Assembly: GCA_965215005.1 (NCBI GenBank)
Contig: CBDCCZ010000003.1
Span: 32,001 to 96,000 of the forward strand
Direction: 5' to 3'
Length of the DNA: 64,000 nucleotides
Source: Kofleriaceae bacterium
GTDB taxonomy: Bacteria > Myxococcota_A > Polyangia > Haliangiales > Haliangiaceae
Part shown: positions 59,763 through 64,000 of the stretch, one piece after another
Layout of the letters: the number at the start of each line of letters is the position of its first letter
Numbering within the stretch: position 1 is the stretch's first letter
Position numbers and translations under genes: made by a program
The notes under the pieces: model-generated
Database searches by the model: none
The model's input: the letters and a program-made list of their open reading frames with translations, nothing else
Told to the model about the DNA's origin: nothing

Positions 59763-61121
59763 GTGCCACGCGCGCTTCGGTTACCTCCGGGACCTCCTGC
59801 CCGCCGCGGCGGCGTGCTTGGCAACGCGGCTTACTACCTGCGCTTCGTCGCCGACCCGCTCGCCTTCGTCGGCGCGCGCTTCGACCGTTACGGCGACCTC
59901 TACTGCGCGCCCAACCCCGATGGGCTGTTGTTCGTGTTGCGCCACCCCGATCACTTGCGCGAGGTGCTGGCGCAGAAGAGCGGCGTCTATCGCAAGACGC
60001 ATAGTCTGTTCGATCGGCTCGCGCGCGTGCTCGGTAACGGATTGGTAACGACTGACGGCGACGTATGGCGACGCCATCGGCGGATGATTCAGCCAGCGTT
60101 TCACCGCGACCGTCTCGAGGATTACGCCGAGCCCATCGTCGAGGAAGCCGAGCGGGCTACCGAGCAGTGGCAGAGCGGCACCATCCGCGATGTCGGCGCC
60201 GATCTGATGGCGCTCACGCTGCGCATCGTGAGCCGGCTGCTGTTCTCCCACGATGCCTCTTCCGACATCGCCACCGTCGCCGCGGTCATGGCGGAGTTCC
60301 AACGAGCCATCGCGCGTCCCGAATTGGCGCCGCCGTGGCTGCCGAGCCCGCAACGTCGGCGGATTCAGCGCGCCACCACCGCGCTGGATACGATGCTCTT
60401 CGGCATGGTCGATGCCCGTCGGCGCGCTTTGGCCGCAGGCGGTGAGCGGCCCCGCGATCTCTTACAGCGCCTCATCGATGCGGTCGATGAGCAAGATGGC
60501 GCGGGCCTCAGCCGCCAAGAGCTCCGCGATGAGCTGGTCACGCTGCTGCTCGCCGGCCACGAGACCACCTCGCACGCGCTGTCTTGGACTCTCTATTTAT
60601 TGGCCGAGCATCCCGCGGAAACCGCCTTGCTGACCGCAGAGCTCGATTCTCGGTTGCATGACAGAGTGCCGAAGCTCGCCGATCTCGCAACGCTGCCGCG
60701 TACCGGATGGGCCGTGGAAGAAGCGATGCGGCTGTATCCGCCGGCTTACATGCTCGCGCGTCGCGCGGCGGCCGATACCACCATCGGCGGCTATGAGGTC
60801 CCCTGCGGCAGCGAGATCACCATGTGGACCTATTTCACCCATCGCGATGCGCGGTGGTTTCCCGAGCCCACCGCCTTCCGCCCCACGCGGTTCGAGAGCG
60901 CGGCTCGGCAAGCGCTTCCCAAGCTCGCGTATCTGCCGTTTGGCGGCGGCCCACGCGCGTGCATCGGCGCGCAGCTCGCGCTACTAGAAGCTCGTCTGAT
61001 CCTCGCTTCGTGGCTGCGGCGGTGGCGTTTTGAGCGGCTACCTGAGCAGCAAGTGCAGCCGCAGCCGCGCATTACGCTGCGGCCCAAGCACGGCTTGCGG
61101 ATGCGCGTTACTCGCCGCTGA
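59763..61121 (+). CDS. Cytochrome P450
   Basis: PPGP, AGHETT, EAMRLYPP (ExxR), FGGGPRACIG heme ligand; GTG 59763 likely start. Confidence 0.93.
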   Translation: MPRALRLPPGPPARRGGVLGNAAYYLRFVADPLAFVGARFDRYGDLYCAPNPDGLLFVLRHPDHLREVLAQKSGVYRKTHSLFDRLARVLGNGLVTTDGDVWRRHRRMIQPAFHRDRLEDYAEPIVEEAERATEQWQSGTIRDVGADLMALTLRIVSRLLFSHDASSDIATVAAVMAEFQRAIARPELAPPWLPSPQRRRIQRATTALDTMLFGMVDARRRALAAGGERPRDLLQRLIDAVDEQDGAGLSRQELRDELVTLLLAGHETTSHALSWTLYLLAEHPAETALLTAELDSRLHDRVPKLADLATLPRTGWAVEEAMRLYPPAYMLARRAAADTTIGGYEVPCGSEITMWTYFTHRDARWFPEPTAFRPTRFESAARQALPKLAYLPFGGGPRACIGAQLALLEARLILASWLRRWRFERLPEQQVQPQPRITLRPKHGLRMRVTRR

Positions 61122-61129
61122 AACTGCGG

Positions 61130-62698
61130 CTAGAAGCGTGCCTGCAGCGTCGCGTTGAATCCGAGCTGGTTGAACTCGCCAAATTCGCGGCGCAAGAGCT
61201 CTTCGGGCCCTTCGCGCGTGAGTCGGGTTTGATTGGCGTCGCGAGTGTAATAAATCTCGAGGATTGCCGCGAAAAACTCTGCGAAGTCCAAACGTCCAGT
61301 TAGCTTGCTGGCGAACAGCGGCACCGCCTTCTCCCCTTCGGGCAAAATCACCAGATCGCCCTCGCTGCGAATCACCGCGGTCGATCGGCCCTTACCTTCC
61401 ACGGTGTCAAACGACAGCGCTCCAGTCGGAGTCTCGAGAGTCGCGGGCATCTCGACGCCAAGCACCACGCCGAGCGTAAACGTATCGGCCCAGTTCTGGT
61501 CGACGCCAGCCGCAGCAAACAAGTTAGGTCCTTGATCGTACTCGCGGGGAAAGTCGGTGTAAGTCGGCAGCGAAGGCGTCGAATGAAGGATGTACGCGAG
61601 GTCGCGGTATTGCAGATCCAATCGGAAGCGGGTGCGGTTCCACTTCAAGCGCGCGTTAACGTCGCCGGCGCTGGCCCACTGCACGGTCGTCGAGCCGGTG
61701 GCTTCTGGATCCTTGAGCGTCTGCCCGAGCACCGTCGCCTCAGCCGCGACTAGCCACGAAATGCCGCCCGGATACACCGGCGGCTGGAACAGGCGGTCCA
61801 CGCGGGTGGGATCGTTGCGATACAGCAAGTAATCGATGGAGCTGCCGATCGGCATGCCGTCGTGGAGCGCGACTTGGCCGCTCACGCCAAACAGCTGCAC
61901 ATCTTCATCGACTACATCTTGCAGCTCGTTGGAGCCGCGATTGAAGTAGCCGCCGTTGATGTCCAGATGCAGCAACTCGGTGACGTCGACACCGGCGCCA
62001 CCGAGAAATCCCAGTACCGCTTCTTGCTCGGAGGTTGCGCTATCGAGCTGCACCGCCGATTTGGCGCCGACGTAAGCATAGGCGCGGTCAACCTCATACT
62101 GCAGCTTGAATCCTGGAACCGCACTCCTGCTCCGGCGATACTCATCCGAGCCGCCCCACGACAACCGATAGCTGTAGCCGAGTCGCATGCGGTCCGAAGA
62201 AGTGGGAAAGGCGACGAAATCAACGCGCGCCGGGCTGCGACGCGACGGATCGAACCAGTAGGCGACGCGGATATAGGATCCTGCATCGGACAGATCAATG
62301 GTTCGCTCGGAGAGGTCGTTGATGCGCAACACCAGCGCACCTTCGACTTCGTAATTGTCAGCGTTGTAGCGGCGATACATCACCGCATGCGCAAGCGTTT
62401 CATAGCCGGAAAAGCGGGTGTCGTAGTTGTCGAAGAACAACACGCCCAGCGAGTTGGGCCGACCAAACCGCCAGCCGGGCACGCTGGGAATCGTCTCGCC
62501 CGGCTCTGCAAAGATGTTCTCGTTGACGAAGGTGAAGTTTAGGCGAACGTCCATGAACCCCGACTCGCCGGTGACCACCGGCTCCTCGGTGCCTTGCGGA
62601 GATTTGGCCGGATCGTCTGCGCCCATCGGTTCGGCGGGCTGTGCATGCGCCGCGGCAGACGCAAGAAGGACCATGGAGATGACAATGCAGCGCTTCAC
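61130..62698 (-). CDS. Probable outer-membrane beta-barrel protein
   Basis: Signal peptide AAAHA-Q, amphipathic strands, C-terminal LGFNATLQARF (BAM signal); GGAG RBS. Confidence 0.8.
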   Translation of the reverse strand: MKRCIVISMVLLASAAAHAQPAEPMGADDPAKSPQGTEEPVVTGESGFMDVRLNFTFVNENIFAEPGETIPSVPGWRFGRPNSLGVLFFDNYDTRFSGYETLAHAVMYRRYNADNYEVEGALVLRINDLSERTIDLSDAGSYIRVAYWFDPSRRSPARVDFVAFPTSSDRMRLGYSYRLSWGGSDEYRRSRSAVPGFKLQYEVDRAYAYVGAKSAVQLDSATSEQEAVLGFLGGAGVDVTELLHLDINGGYFNRGSNELQDVVDEDVQLFGVSGQVALHDGMPIGSSIDYLLYRNDPTRVDRLFQPPVYPGGISWLVAAEATVLGQTLKDPEATGSTTVQWASAGDVNARLKWNRTRFRLDLQYRDLAYILHSTPSLPTYTDFPREYDQGPNLFAAAGVDQNWADTFTLGVVLGVEMPATLETPTGALSFDTVEGKGRSTAVIRSEGDLVILPEGEKAVPLFASKLTGRLDFAEFFAAILEIYYTRDANQTRLTREGPEELLRREFGEFNQLGFNATLQARF

Positions 62699-62711
62699 GA
62701 TGAGCTCCGAA

Positions 62712-63884
62712 TTAGGGCAGATCGAGGTCTTCGACAGCCCGCGGATAGACGATCCACACGTTGAACGAGCCGATATTGATCGGCCGCAAGGTGCCCACGA
62801 CGCGTGGAATCACAGCCCCTACGTAGTCTGAGGGCATAAACTCGGCGACTTGACCGGCGGTGATGATGTTGATCGAGTTGCGGTCGCAGCCGAATCCGAC
62901 GTCGAGCTTCCATTGTTTGAAAGTCTGCCAATCGTCGTCTAGTGGGCACACCGTGGCGTTCTCGATGGCAATCAGCGCTGCTTCATTGCGCTCCATCTCG
63001 ACCCGCGACATGAGCCACGCTGGATCAAGGATCACCGGCGCCGGCACCTGCGCCGGCGTGGGCTCGGGATCGGCCACGAACGACTGCGGAAAGTTCACCT
63101 CGGTGAGACCGTTGAACTCGCTCACCGCGCCGGTGAGGCGGGTGACCGTCTGCCCGACTTTCATGCGGCGAAACTGCTCGTCTTCGGGTCTGCTGAAGCT
63201 AAAGACGAAGATCGAGTCATAGTCGCCCGTGGTGCATGGCGGCGTGCCCGCGGCGTCGGCGCACTGCACGTCTGCTAGCGTGTAACCCTGCGGATAGATT
63301 CCCGTGACCACCAATCGACCGCGGGCGCCGTAGCGGGACGCGGTAACGTTGATTTGCTTGGCCTCGAGCGGCGAGCGCTCCAGCGCATCCAAAGCGGTCT
63401 CATCGGCAGGCTGCGAGACATCGGCGAGAAACGGATCCCGATACCACAGCGTATCCGAGGTGCCGGTGGCGAAGGTGGCGCCATCGCCGGCATCTTCGAC
63501 CCACAAGAACGTCGGACCAAACACGCGCGGCAGCTCGAGTGTGACCTCATCGGAAACGCCGGCCTCGATCTGCACCGAGCCCAGCGCCCGACCTTGATCG
63601 AGCGCCGGCGTGAGGCTGCCGAGGTAATGCGCGAAGATGTCGACCTCGCCGGAAAAACTGCTGTCGAGGTCGCCTTGCTCGTCGAGCGCCTCGACCTGCA
63701 ACGTCACGGCGCGTTGCTCGTCGAGGAGACGATCATCGCTCGTGCCGTAGCTCTGCGGCTCGAGCAACGTCACCCGCAGGGAGGTCGTCCCCTCGACGCC
63801 GGCCAGCTCTTCGTTGCACCCGAGCACGAGCACGGCAGCGACGAGCGCTGCGCTACTCGAAAACCGGCCGAATGCGTCCATCAT
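62712..63884 (-). CDS. Lipoprotein with an OB-fold-like nucleic-acid-binding region
   Basis: Lipobox VLGC; LVVTGI...VGQTVTRLTGAVSEFNGLTEV; VVGTL...IVYPRAVEDL. Confidence 0.72.
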   Translation of the reverse strand: MMDAFGRFSSSAALVAAVLVLGCNEELAGVEGTTSLRVTLLEPQSYGTSDDRLLDEQRAVTLQVEALDEQGDLDSSFSGEVDIFAHYLGSLTPALDQGRALGSVQIEAGVSDEVTLELPRVFGPTFLWVEDAGDGATFATGTSDTLWYRDPFLADVSQPADETALDALERSPLEAKQINVTASRYGARGRLVVTGIYPQGYTLADVQCADAAGTPPCTTGDYDSIFVFSFSRPEDEQFRRMKVGQTVTRLTGAVSEFNGLTEVNFPQSFVADPEPTPAQVPAPVILDPAWLMSRVEMERNEAALIAIENATVCPLDDDWQTFKQWKLDVGFGCDRNSINIITAGQVAEFMPSDYVGAVIPRVVGTLRPINIGSFNVWIVYPRAVEDLDLP

Positions 63885-64000
63885 GAGCCTCGAATTTGTC
63901 GTCGATGCACGCAACTCGTCCCCAACGCTCGGCGACCGTCTGGCCTTCGGGCGAGGTGAAATCGACGATGCTGGCGTCGCAGGGCGTTTGCTGCCGCATG
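63853..64000 (-). CDS. C-terminal end of an upstream gene, possibly a 5'-nucleotidase/metallophosphoesterase (partial)
   Basis: Hand translation MRQQTPCDASIVDFTSPEGQTVAERWGRVACIDDKFEAHDGRIRPVFE*; the terminal DGRI is typical of 5'-nucleotidase C-termini; overlaps the next start. Confidence 0.5.
   Translation of the reverse strand, partial: MRQQTPCDASIVDFTSPEGQTVAERWGRVACIDDKFEAHDGRIRPVFE

Noticed and set aside
8300..64000. Intact prophage or integrative element at ssrA
   Set aside because: No integrase, phage or conjugation genes and no duplicate of the tmRNA 3' end seen

Overview
GC-rich window, most likely from a myxobacterium (Myxococcota). This rests on the MYXO-CTERM motif, eukaryote-like Ser/Thr kinases, a giant gliding-type TPR protein and many Cys-rich lipoproteins. 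From left to right: a window-truncated Ig-repeat surface protein (missed by the ORF track) with an internal MYXO-CTERM and a barrel-like C-terminus; a TPR/osmoprotectant ABC operon; a RAPP-type arrest-peptide uORF with a small membrane gene; tmRNA followed by decayed sequence and a broken kinase; kinase, phosphotransferase, repeat-protein and methyltransferase genes; a clostripain-thrombospondin lipoprotein next to a vitellogenin-N-like gene and a divergent beta-sheet/ricin lipoprotein (candidate split large-lipid-transfer system); CRTAC1-like and metzincin lipoproteins; two tandem RoxA-like di-heme cytochromes; a kinase-ATPase divergent from a scyA-scyC (scytonemin-type) operon; GST, spermidine-synthase-like, BASS and MenH-like genes; a ~2800-aa TPR protein; a P450; and a nucleotidase/OB-lipoprotein/outer-membrane-barrel operon. 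A CTAG-ended structured repeat occurs three times. All family calls are from motif recognition by eye; no database searches were run.
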